This document shows positions 38,979 through 50,800 of a DNA stretch of 64,000 nucleotides, one piece after another (position 1 is the first letter of the stretch; every line of letters begins with the position of its first letter). The DNA is taken from positions 73,656,001-73,720,000 of the forward strand of contig NC_043005.1 in NCBI RefSeq assembly GCF_006345805.1. Direction: 5' to 3'. The DNA is from Octopus sinensis. Lineage: Eukaryota. A model generated the notes under the pieces. The model made no database searches and was not told the DNA's origin. It worked only from the letters and a program-made list of their open reading frames with translations. Made by a program: the position numbers and the translations under genes.

Positions 38979-40154
38979 GTGGTTAAAAACAATACTAACA
39001 CGAAATTGAAAAATAATATACAGAAAGTCGATCATGGAATGATATGTCACAAGCTGTGTGATCTTGGCATAGTTGGAAAATTGGGAGAATTGCTTCATGA
39101 CTTTCTGAAGGATAGAAGTCAGGTGGTAGTAGCCAATGGGGCCACTTCCATTAACACGCAAATAGTGAGCGGTGTTCCGCAAGGCACTGTTCTGGGACCA
39201 TTACTGTTCATAATGGCCCTCTCAGACATGCCCTCAGCCACGCAGAGAGCCACGATCACAAGTTATGCAGATGATACAAAAGTTTCACAGGCAATACAGA
39301 ACCCTGAAGACACTAAGCACCTGCAATGTGAGCTGGACAAAATATATAAGTGGGCTGAAAAGAATAGCATGCAGTTCAATGCTGAAAAGTTTCAAGCTTT
39401 ATACTATCAGCATGCAAAACTAAATGCAATACCCAATAAATACACTGGACCTGGAAGGATTTCAATCCCAGAGGTACAATCAGTGCGAGACCTGGGTATT
39501 TACATGAGTGATGATGCTAAATTGGCAATGAAATGTAGGTGGCTGACCGGATGGATTCTTAGAACCGTCAGAACAAGAGACCAGGAAACCATGATGGTCC
39601 TCTGGAGGACACTTGTCCTAAGCCACTTTGACTATTGCTCTCAAATATGGTCACCATCCAGTGTCAAGTTAATCACAGAACTTGAGGCGATCCAACGAAG
39701 CTACACGAAGAAGATAGCCTCTGTGCAGCATATAAGCTACTGGGAAAGACTCAAGAGATTGAGACTCTATTCCTTGGAGCGTAGGCGAGAAAGATATGCC
39801 ATAATATACATCAGGAAGATCCTAGAAGGACTTGTCCCAAACTTTGGCATCGAGAGTTACACAAATGCCAGAACTGGGCGCCACTGCATAGTGCCAAGGA
39901 CTTCAAATTTGCCATCAAGATGTAGGACAAGATACTGTGATAGCCTGAGCTTCCGAGGCCCACAGCTCTTCAATATCCTCCCGAAGAACCTAAGAGATCT
40001 GCATGGGGTGGATGCAGATGTCTTTAAAATGAAACTGGATCTCTTCTTGTCAGGTGTCCCAGATGAACCAACTTCACGGCAGGAGGTGCAAATGAGGGCA
40101 GCTGCATCGAACTCTCTCATGCACCAGATGGCATTTGCTAAAAGGCATTCGTGA
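38979..40154 (+). pseudogene. Open but N-truncated CR1-type reverse transcriptase frame (391 aa)
   Basis: SGVPQGTVLGPLLFI, YADDTK, VRDLGI, DYCSQIWSP, LYSLERRRER; the first ~14 codons are PLE sequence; endonuclease and RT N-terminus are absent. Confidence 0.88.
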
Positions 40155-40223
40155 AGTAAAATCATGTAGCAACACCAAATGGTGGTGCCCCAGCATGACC
40201 ACAGCTTGTGAGCTGAAACTAAA
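39022..40223 (+). mobile_element. 5'-truncated CR1-group LINE nested in the PLE
   Basis: Starts at KVDH; 3' UTR ends GGTGCCCCAGCATGACCA-CAGCT-TGTG-AGCTG-AAACTAAATAAAA. Confidence 0.92.
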
Positions 40224-41419
40224 TAAAAAAAATACCGAAAACAAGACAGAAAACATAACGAAACCAAGTAAAGTACCACAACCAAAACGCAAAATTCATC
40301 AAGCAAACATCAACAGGAATATAAATCATAAACAGAAAAAAATCCATTTTTTTACGTCAGGACAACAAACACTGGAGAAAGAAAAAATCCAAGAGGAAAC
40401 ATACCCAAAACAACTGAACGTATAGATCCTAAAATAATTAATTTATCAAAAAGAAATCTTGACAATGATGAAATCCAACTTCTGTCAAAAGGACTAAAAT
40501 TCACACCTACACCAACAGCCAACCACCAAGAATTAAAGGAGGATATCCAAAAATTCTGTCGAAAATTACGACTTGTAGAATTCTTCGCTAACAAAAGTAA
40601 TGAGATTGATAAATCCCTAGTAAGGAATAAATCAAATTTCACCCCACCAAAAGGAAGAAATAACTACCTTGACCAATACATTGATATCCTGTCTAAATTT
40701 CCCCTTAGACGCAATACCAATGTTAGGCCAAACATTAACAAATCAGAGATGTCTGCATGTAGACGTATACAAAACGATCAAACAATAATAATTAAACAAG
40801 CAGATAAAGGTGGTACAATTATTATTATGGATACCGAATACTATAAGGATTTGGTTGAAGACCAACTGAAGGACACAACCTTCTATTGTAAAATACCCTC
40901 AAATATAGACCACCACATCATGAAAAAGATCAACAACCTGATTTCAAAACACTACAACTCACTTACCGATAATGAAAGAGACTACATCACCAATTTCGGA
41001 CCAAAACCCAGCAACTTCTACGGCTTACCGAAAATACATAAATCAAAAGATATTCAACATGCTGTAAAAGAACAAGGAAGTGAGCACATAAAATTACTAC
41101 ATCCAAATGACCTAAAACTTAGACCTATTATAGCTGGTCCAGCATGCCCTACACAATCTGGAGCCCACACAGGTGTATTTAAAGCACAGATTTAACCATC
41201 TCGCTACAGTGAAAAATTGTGAAGCATGACTGTCACCACTACTACATGAACCTGAAGTTTGCATAATTTAATGCATGAAAGTACTAGTTCAATCAGAATG
41301 AATATTTAACATTCTACTATTTTATTTTATTCTATTGTATTATATTATCTTATATTATATCATTATAAGATTGTAAATAAAACGTGAAAATCAGACAAGG
41401 TTGGAATTCCTTTTATTGA

Positions 41420-41685
41420 TATATATATATATATATATATAATATATGTGTGTGTGTGTGTGTGTGTATGTATATATATATTATATATATATATGTGCGG
41501 GACAGGAGGAGGACAATTGCAGCAACACCCCACACGTACCCATCGATGTACCAGCAACTGTACCAGGGACTGCCACTCTAGAATTGGACTGTTCAGTCAC
41601 AGCAGACGCTGCTCATCATCAAAGTAGGCCCCACCCTTGGCGCAACCCATTGTCTATCAAGACAGACGGGGGAAGAGAAGAGAAG

Positions 41686-41733
<48 letters not shown>

Positions 41734-41749
41734 ATGCACATATCGATAC

Positions 41750-41783
<34 letters not shown>

Positions 41784-41835
41784 ATGTATGTATATATATA
41801 TATATATATAGTGTGTGTGTGTGTGTGTATGTATG

Positions 41836-41866
<31 letters not shown>

Positions 41867-41882
41867 ATGCACATATCGATAC

Positions 41883-41913
<31 letters not shown>

Positions 41914-41920
41914 AAAGATA
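41420..41920. repeat. Compound (TA)n/(TG)n block enclosing a unique GC-richer insert (41476-41686)
   Basis: Alternating TA/TG tracts with repeated TATGCACATATCGATACA spacers. Confidence 0.85.
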
Positions 41921-41952
41921 CATATATCGGGTAGCGAATATTCGTTAGAAAT

Positions 41953-42125
41953 ATCACCACCAGTGGCCTAGCATGTATAAATAGTCAATAGACAACATAT
42001 TCTTATTTTAAAATAGTGTACCTTTAAACACAAGAGAAAACTACCCTTTAACAGGTAATTTTTACATGCTAGAAGAAGCAGCCAAAACCACGATTTAATA
42101 GCAATTTTCGAAGGAAATAACAAGG
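41953..42125 (+). mobile_element. PLE-terminal-like fragment homologous to 32355-32470 and 32762-32790
   Basis: AAATAGTGTAC.TTTAAACACAA..CCTTTAACA..TTTTACA.GCTAGAAGAAGCAG shared. Confidence 0.55.
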
Positions 42126-42288
42126 TAAAAAAGTTTTTTTAATAATTTTTTTTTTTTGAATAACAAGGTAAAAGTTTTTATTTTTCATTTTTAGAGCCTT
42201 AACACTCTTAACGGTTCAATTTCCAGTAATTTACGTATTTATTCTTCCTAAAATTTCCGTTGCATCTTGCAACTTCTTCAATAGTAGT

Positions 42289-42328
<40 letters not shown>

Positions 42329-42339
42329 CGTCTTTCGAT

Positions 42340-42375
<36 letters not shown>

Positions 42376-43204
42376 CGAAAGACGTTTACTAAATTACGAG
42401 AAAATATTAATACGAATATCGTATAAAAGAAATCAACTGTATCAAAATGACAATCAGATATTTTGCATTTTTTATACATATCATTCAAATGTTTATAGAC
42501 AACCCGAAACACGTTGTGTTCATAGATATACCTGTGTGTGTGCGTGTGTGTGTGTGTGTGTGTATGCGTGTGCGTGTGTATGGGTGCTATATGTGCATAC
42601 ATACACACAAAAGTATTGTTTACTATTTTTATTGTATATTTAAGTTATATTTTTATTGTGTTGATCATCAACATTTCGCTTATTCTGTGTAGTTAATCTG
42701 ATATAACTTGGAATATTATTGTATTGTATATAATTGATATTATACGCATCATAACTCACGTTGCAGCATTTCTGCTGTAAGGTAGCTATATTTGCTTTGC
42801 TGGATTTGTGAGTAAAAGCTCACTGGTGTATAATACATTTAAAAGCATGACTAAACATTTGAAATAACAAATATCCACCATTTTGTTTTTCACTTAATTA
42901 CGGCAAACGACCCTACTCGTTTGATAAAAACCGCAGCAGTTATATAATATAACGAATGAGCTGACAGTTCTTTTCCTGTTGTAATTTCTGTATGTGCCTG
43001 AAGCATTGACTTCGAATGACTTCGTATTTCGTCCGTTGTGTAAGGAATTTAGTTTAAAGAATTACATCTCTTTTATGCATCACTGAAGCAAGCAACAGAT
43101 TAGATATCATCAAGAGAGTTAACACGTTAATAGATTTTCAATCATTGAACAAAATGACAAAAACCTGATAAATACTTGCCAATATCCGTAGATGCTTTAA
43201 GACT

Positions 43205-43412
43205 GCGTGCTGACTGAATCGTTAACTTTCTGTGCAAAATGCTTTGTGGCATTTCGACCGTTTCACGTTCTGAGTTCCAATTCCGCTGAGGTCGACTTTG
43301 TTTTTCATCTTTTCGAAGTTGATAAATAAGTACCAGTTTAGCACTGGGGTCTATGTAATCAACTTGCCTCATCTCCAAACTTGCTGAGATTGTGCCAAAA
43401 TTTGAAATCGAT
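43205..43412 (+). mobile_element. Degraded 184-type SINE
   Basis: GTTCTGAGTTCCAATTCCGCTGAGGTCGACTTTG..AAGTACCAG..CACTGGGG. Confidence 0.75.
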
Positions 43413-44903
43413 ATTTATAAATGCATTATTGCTTTAAAACTATTTTTCGAGATTCTTAATGTACGACGTTGGCTACACTGCGTTCTCTACGATATATTTG
43501 ATGCTAGACTTGGTCATTGATGTAATCTATCACAGGTTTGACATTATCACTTGCCCCAGACGCTCTTGTTAGAGTTGAATCTGTCGCAATCATTCAAACC
43601 AGATCCCTGATCTCGATCTAAGAATAACTTCCCATCTCCTTTCTTGTTTCTCAAACCTCACCTGGACAAGTGGTTTTCTTGTTTCTAAGCGACTAAATGT
43701 ACTTTGACACTTGGTATGCGTGTTTCTATGCAACGTGGTGGATCTGGAAGAGGAAAAGCGGAATGAATTAAAGGAAATTTGCCAAAGGGTGTATTACGGA
43801 GTCGGCTGTATAGCGAAGTTGGAGGCTTTCTGTGCTGTTGCACTGATCCACTGAATTATATATTTTGTGAAGTAGAAGATTAGTGGATTCAGTAACACAA
43901 ATTTTATTGATACATTTTGGCAAGAAAAAAAAAGATTCGGCTGCAGTTTAAAAGCGGGGATTACTTGAGAGTCATGAGATGCATGAAACCACCTTTCGCG
44001 ATTCACCTTTTAGCAGTGTAAACTCCACTTAGTTTTGGGAGTGCTTATTTCGCCAGAATTTTTATGTCTTGCTTTTGGTCTGAACAGCTTCATCAAAGCT
44101 GAGATTGAACCACTTAGGGTTTGGGGCTATTGTGTTTTTGCCGTGAGCTGAACGAGCTGAAACATTCCAAAATGAATACTTCGTTCACTCACCGAACTGG
44201 GGTTTTTTTTGGTGGTCAGAAGAGGGACGTATATTTCTGCTCTATATAAAACTGGTAAAACTCTAACTAGTCGTCAGACTTGAATAACCATAGGATGTGA
44301 AACACAGGGTTGCGTTGTGATATATGTGTATATTTGTTGGGTAGTTACGATGAAGTAGAGATGGATACATTTTAGCGTAGATTAGCTTTGTAAGGTAGAC
44401 GGAGACCGATCTTGTTTGGAATGTTTCAGTGTCGATCTGCGATGTCTGGAGATTATGAGATAAGTTAACAAAGAGGATTACAAACGATTTGGCATCAGCA
44501 TGGGATGAGTGAGAGTCACAAATGTTGTGAATGTTGCTATGACCGAGAACGATGACTTCGGGAAAATGTGAAGTAAGATATATATTCCAGCGCAAAGAAA
44601 AAGATATGCTTGAAGAGATGACCGTGGTTCGAGGAATTAGAAGCCCGTTAGATATTGTTGATGCATTTAAAGGAACGAGAGCTGGAGAAAGAATGAGAGA
44701 GAGAGCGAGAGAGAGATTTAAAGCAAATGAAAGTCATTATTGTTAATATCCAGATTAGAGAGACGAGTTATAGGTTTTCAGTATGAAGTAACGAAAAAGA
44801 ATCTAGCCTGGACAGTCGAGATATGTTTGAGGATGGGCTTGATGGGTTTGGGTTTCGGAGGAGAATAGGCATTTTATCAATGTATAGTAGAGTATATAGT
44901 AAA

Positions 44904-45187
44904 GGCGTATGGCCTAGCGATTAAGGGTGTTGCGTTCACACACGTAAGATCGCGGTTTCGATTATCGGACCGGACAGCGCGTTGTGTTCTTGAGCAAAAC
45001 GCTTTTCTTTCACGCTGCCCCAGTTCACTCAGCAGTAAAATGAGCTCCTGGGCAATCTGAGAAGTTAAACCTGCGATGGACTGGTGATCCATCTAGGGCA
45101 GAGGAGGTTGTAATCTCACTAATACGCCATCGAAACTGGATTAAGCTCCACCCTTATGAGTCCAAGAGCACAAGATGCATTTAAGTC
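44904..45187 (+). mobile_element. SINE: second tRNA-CORE head + 3' module C (older copy)
   Basis: GGCGTATGGCCTAGCGATTAAGGG..GGTTTCGATT, TTGAGCAAAACGCTTT (CORE), CCTGCGATGGACTGG, GAAACTGGATTAAGCTCC; possible TSD TATAGTA(A/G)A. Confidence 0.7.
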
Positions 45188-46344
45188 TATAGTAGAACAT
45201 GTAGCGTACTTGATGCATAAGTTGGTACAAGCCTGGTAGAGAATGAATATTTTTCCATAGTTTAAATTTTTAGCGTTCGAAATATTTAAAACAGTTAAGC
45301 GCCAGGCATCGTAACTTATTTGTTCAGAAATAACCAAAAGTCTATCTTTATGTCAGAAATTCACATAAAATCTGTAGCTTCCACTTATTACTGTTTCCTC
45401 GTCTTTTATTTTCTGTATGAAGTAGAATGTAATTTGAGGAGAATTTGGTTGCTATTTCTAGTATTTCAAGCAATCTTGTAGAGGCTCCTGAATTCGCTCA
45501 TAAGAGCCCCTCATTGTAATCGCTTTATGATTTGGGTTAAAATGATTGTTTTCACTTCTAAAGAACCATAACAACATTGTATGTCAATTTTTATTCGAAA
45601 CTTATATCATTTTAGTTATCTGTCTTTTATTATTAATTCTCTCTAGAAAGGCTTCAACGCAGCAACTTATCAGTTTCCTCTCAATTTAGGTTTGCGATCA
45701 TCTGTCAATGTCGAAAACCAATGCTTGTTATTAAAACGTCATCAGGATATTAAGCAAAACCAGTTACGGCGCACAACTAATTTATAGTATAAATCTTTAT
45801 GGAAAAATATTACAGCTCAGTAACTGCGATATGTATTCCAATAAATTATGTATACATAGAGGATACTTACTAACATTCTTTCTTCGCTGCTTTTGATTTT
45901 CTTACAGTTCATGCACAAACGCTCTGATCATTAAAAGAACAGAACGTGTAGTCATTAATAATATGCTGAAAAATTAAACACGTTTGCAGAATATATGTTG
46001 ATCTTTAACAGTGAAAATCAGCCATATTGCATATAAAACTGCATGCTTAAACCAATCTGCAATATTGCATATTGCAGATCAGAGTGGTTTCTAATATCTA
46101 CTTTCCATTAGAACACAAAAGAAGGTAGTATGCAACTAATAACAATATTAATATAAATATTTTCAAGCGTTAATGTTTGTCTTTTATGGGCAATTAAAAA
46201 ATTACTTTTATTTTCCTGCTTTATACTATTATTATAGTACATATACACCTTCTTACTCTCATACCCATTTTCCTACACGTTTCACATTTCCACACCATAC
46301 ACACACACACATATATATATATGTACACACACACACACACACAC

Positions 46345-46747
46345 TTACTCTTTTACTCTCTTTTACTTGTTTCAGTCATTTGACTGCGGCCATGCTGGAG
46401 CACCGCCTTTAGTCGAGCAAATCGACCCCAGGACTTATTCTTTGTAAGCCCAGTACTTATTCTATCAGTCTCTTTTGCCGAACCGCAAAGTGACAGGGAT
46501 GTAAACACACCAGCATCGATTGTCAAGCAATGCTAGGGGGACAAACGCAGACACACAAACATATACACACACACTCATATATATATATATATACATATAT
46601 ACGACATGCTTCTTTCAGTTTCCGTCTACCAAATCCACTCACAAGGCATTGGTCGGCCCGGGGCTATAGCAGAAGACACTTGCCCAAGATGCCACGCAGT
46701 GGGACTGAACCCGGAACCATGTGGTTGGTTAGCAAGCTACTTACCAT
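46345..46747 (-). mobile_element. CORE-type tRNA SINE
   Basis: Near-consensus body and tail; the extreme 5' head is missing. Confidence 0.92.
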
Positions 46748-47009
46748 ACATATACATACATAAAATGAATTTGGTTCTCAACCCCGCGTTTTTACAGTTT
46801 GGTATCAAAAATGCAGTCCTACAATAATTCCGATACTTATTCTTCTTGCTCTTCTGATATAACAACGCTATTTTTCACATTCTTCTTTTCTATTTTTGTA
46901 TTAATTTTTCCGATGAATCACTACAGAGTAAAATGGCGACTTTTGCCACGTTTCTTTCTCAGAGTGTAATTACATTCGTTGTTTAATTACTCTTGCTTTT
47001 TGTGTTGTG

Positions 47010-47073
<64 letters not shown>

Positions 47074-47328
47074 CGCTTGACCTTAATGCTGCGATCTCGA
47101 TGTCGTAGTATATATATTCCTAGACTATGTGGCGTAGTATGGTGTGTTCTTAAGCAAAAAACTTCATCTCACGCTGCTCATCGAACACCATCGATTTGAT
47201 AACAGGTGTGAGCTAATTATACAGCACATATATTTAATCACTATAAATAAATCATTTGTGCAAGGTGTTTAGCAATAAATCGCCGAACCGTCTTTCTGAG
47301 ACTATGACAGACTACCATTACCATATAA

Positions 47329-47899
<571 letters not shown>

Positions 47900-47906
47900 C
47901 ATTATG

Positions 47907-48307
47907 TGGAGGCGCAATGGCCCAGTGGTTAGGGCAGCGGGCTCGCGGTCGTGGGCTCGCGGTCGTAGGATCGCGGTTTCGATTCCCAGACCGGGCGTTG
48001 TGAGTGTTTATTGAGCGAAAACACCTAAAAGCTCCACGAGGCTCCGGCAGGGGATGGTGGTGATCCCTGCTGTACTCTTTCACCACAACTTTCTCTCACT
48101 CTTACTTCCTGTTTCTGTTGTACCTGTATTTCAAAGGGCCGGCCTTGTCACTCTCTGTGTCACGCTGAATATCCCCGAGAACTGCGTTAAGGGTACACGT
48201 GTCTGTGGAGCGCTCAGCCACTTACACGTTAATTTCACGAGCAGGCTGTTCCGTTGATCGGATCAACCGGAACCCTCGTCGTCGTAACCGATGGAGTGCT
48301 TCCATCC
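47907..48307 (+). mobile_element. SINE: head A + module A, full length
   Basis: 12-bp TSD ATATGCATTATG at 47895-47906 and 48308-48319; 14-nt tandem duplication GGGCTCGCGGTCGT in the head. Confidence 0.93.
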
Positions 48308-48555
48308 ATATGCATTATGAAGTAAAAAGTTATGAGAATTGGTTTTGCACCAATAAAACACTCAGCAGTACAGGCGACTCATCAGACTCAAATAGCCGAA
48401 TGCGAAATCTGTCTCTACCACTGTAGGGGTGCTGCTCGGGCAATTAGTTTATGTTTACAAAACTGAACTGACCGTAATGTATTTCTTTCTCCAGTTGTAG
48501 AGAGGGTGTATGCCTTCGGCCGTATATTTATTTATATATATATAGAGAGAGAGAG

Positions 48556-48636
48556 GGACATACATACATACACACATACATACACACATACACACATACA
48601 TACATACACACATACATACATACATACATACATACA

Positions 48637-48668
<32 letters not shown>

Positions 48669-48680
48669 CATACATATATG
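48556..48680. repeat. (CATA)n microsatellite
   Basis: CATA/CACA repeats. Confidence 0.92.
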
Positions 48681-49181
48681 CAGCATGCATTGTCGTATGG
48701 TCGCAGTTTCTCCTGCGTTCATATACTCTTTCACACATTTTGTTTTACATTTTGCAGCTTGTTCAAAATCTCCCTCCTTACCAAGCAGATTTAGTGAGGT
48801 GCCGGATTAATCATCGACAATCTTGTCATCCATCAGATTGTATTGGGTGACGTATTCTTAGAAGTACTCACGTGCAACATATTCCATATTACGTCCAATC
48901 GCTCAAATGAGCTTTACGTCGAGACTAGACAGTCCTTAAATGGGTGGCTTCTTGGGAAACCTAAGCGCAGCAATCATATCACTTTTTTATAGGCGCATGC
49001 GTAGCTGTGTGAGAAAGAAGCGGGCTTCCAAACCACCTGGTCTTGGGCACAGGTATCATTTATTATAGTTTCGGACGAAAGGCTTGTGAGTAGATTGTGT
49101 ATATATATATGTGTGTGTGTGTGTGTATGTGTATCTGTATGTAGATATATGTGTGTATACATATGTATATATATATATATA

Positions 49182-49214
<33 letters not shown>

Positions 49215-49647
49215 CGTGTGTATGTATATACACATATATATAAATATATATACATGTATATGCATTTATGTATATGTATATATGCGTGTATAGATGTGTG
49301 TATACATATATATGTGTATATAAATATGTGTATGTATATATGTGTGTGTATATATATTGGTAAATGCTTTTGATTTTCACTCTCGATGAATTTATCCCTT
49401 TTTTGTGTCCCTAGCACTTGGCATCCTTATTTAGGAGCCCTTAATTATATTTCTGTATGAACAATATTTTTCTATATGAATAATATTTAGTCTAATGACT
49501 AATTCGTCTTTTGTGCTGGGCCACTGGTAGTAATCCATGTTATTACCCTTTTTTGATTATATATATATACATATATATATGGGTAAAAATATATATGTAT
49601 ATATGTATATATGCACGTATGTGTACATGCGTCTTTGTGGTTCAAAT

Positions 49648-49918
49648 TTACCCATTATGAATCGACATGTTGTGTACTTGACCAGGCTAACCTAGCTGAT
49701 TAATTATCTTTGTCTATGACGAGAAACAATTAGCTGCAGATCATCAGATTCTAATAATTAAATAATTAACTTAAAAGTATATGCTTCAAACCTTTAGCAC
49801 CTTCTACGTCATTATAAACCGGTTAGCCTTCAATTCAGATTGATATTGAACGGAATAAATTATCTTCTTACATATGTATTATATAATGTGGATATCTAGT
49901 GACTAAAATTCATTTAAA
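49648..49918 (+). repeat. About 270-bp dispersed direct repeat, copy 1 (copy 2 at 54418-54687)
   Basis: Colinear with scattered substitutions, offset 4770 bp; no family recognised. Confidence 0.9.
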
Positions 49919-49931
49919 GTCCCACCACCAA

Positions 49932-50060
49932 TACCGATTGCTGGTTTGTTTACGTCCCCGTAACTTAGCAGTTAAAACATCAAGTATTGGAGTCAATTTC
50001 TTCGAGTAAACCCTTCAAGCCGGTGCCCCAACATGGCCACAATCCAGTAACTGAACCAAC
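49932..50060 (+). mobile_element. 3' part of a diverged CORE-type SINE
   Basis: GTTTACGTCCCCGTAACTTAGC..GGTGCCCCAACATGGCCACA..CAGT-A-ACTG-AAC. Confidence 0.65.
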
Positions 50061-50261
50061 TTAATAATATAAATATATAAGACAGATTTACATGTTGGGT
50101 GTTGTTTTGTAATTACAAACCATCTCATTTTTAATGAGAAGAATACAAAGAATTAAAAAAATACCAAATTGAATTCAAACATACTTAGGTATATATATAT
50201 GTATACACACATGTCAGTATACACGCATGCATACATGGGTACATATATATGTCTGCATCAA

Positions 50262-50475
50262 GGCGGCGAACTGGCAGAAACGTTAGCACGCCGGGCGAAA
50301 TGCTTAGCAGTATTTCGTCTATCTTTACGTCCTGAGTTCAAATTCCGCCGAGGTCGACTTTGCCTTTCATCCCTTTCGGTGTCAATAAATTAATTACCAG
50401 TTGTATACAGGGGTCAATCTAATCGACTGGCCCCTCCCTCAAAATTTCGGGTCTTGTGCCTAGAGTAAAAAGAAT
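50262..50475 (+). mobile_element. 184-type SINE with alternative tail
   Basis: Full head; ends AAATTTCGGGTCTTGTGCCTAGAGTAAAAAG. Confidence 0.88.
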
Positions 50476-50484
50476 ATATATATA

Positions 50485-50800
50485 TAGGGGAGAATTCACA
50501 AAAAAAAGACAAAAGATGAAGATAGATGGTGTAGACAACAAACAGATGTATTAGTAAAACGCTCAGAAAGTGAAAAAGTCTTTAGCGTTTCAAGCCTACG
50601 GTCTTCCACCGAAAGAACACAGAAAGAAACAAGGAGAGAAAATAAAGAATGTGTAGTATCTATCTATCTATCATGGCGAATGCTGGACAGAGGGGTCACA
50701 CAGAAGAGCTAGGAAGAAGGGAAGATAATAAAGTAGTTATTATCCTAAAACGAAGGTGCGCTTTCGTGTGTATAACAGAGTTTGTGTGTGTGTGTAGAAG
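50485..50800 (-). mobile_element. PLE-terminal-like element (family P, copy 3, longer)
   Basis: Homology to 31437-31620 over 50485-50660; the extension is uncertain. Confidence 0.6.

Larger units (their letters stand above)
38483..41156 (+). pseudogene. Penelope-like element 5' half (N-terminus to RT fingers), interrupted by a CR1 LINE
   Basis: ..LWTRDISKEEGRSRKFW.. before the insertion; IINLSKRNL..LLSKGLKFTPTP, IKQADKGGTIIIMD..Y, FYGLPKIHK and LRPIIAGPACPT after it. Confidence 0.85.

Noticed and set aside
47907-47990. tRNA-gene-like sequences (also heads at about 1810-1881, 22110-22183 and others)
   Set aside because: They continue into SINE bodies with TSDs and lack a closing acceptor stem and terminator; they are SINE heads.
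48335-48405. CTGATGAG on the minus strand
   Set aside because: No stem II or GAAA follows on that strand.
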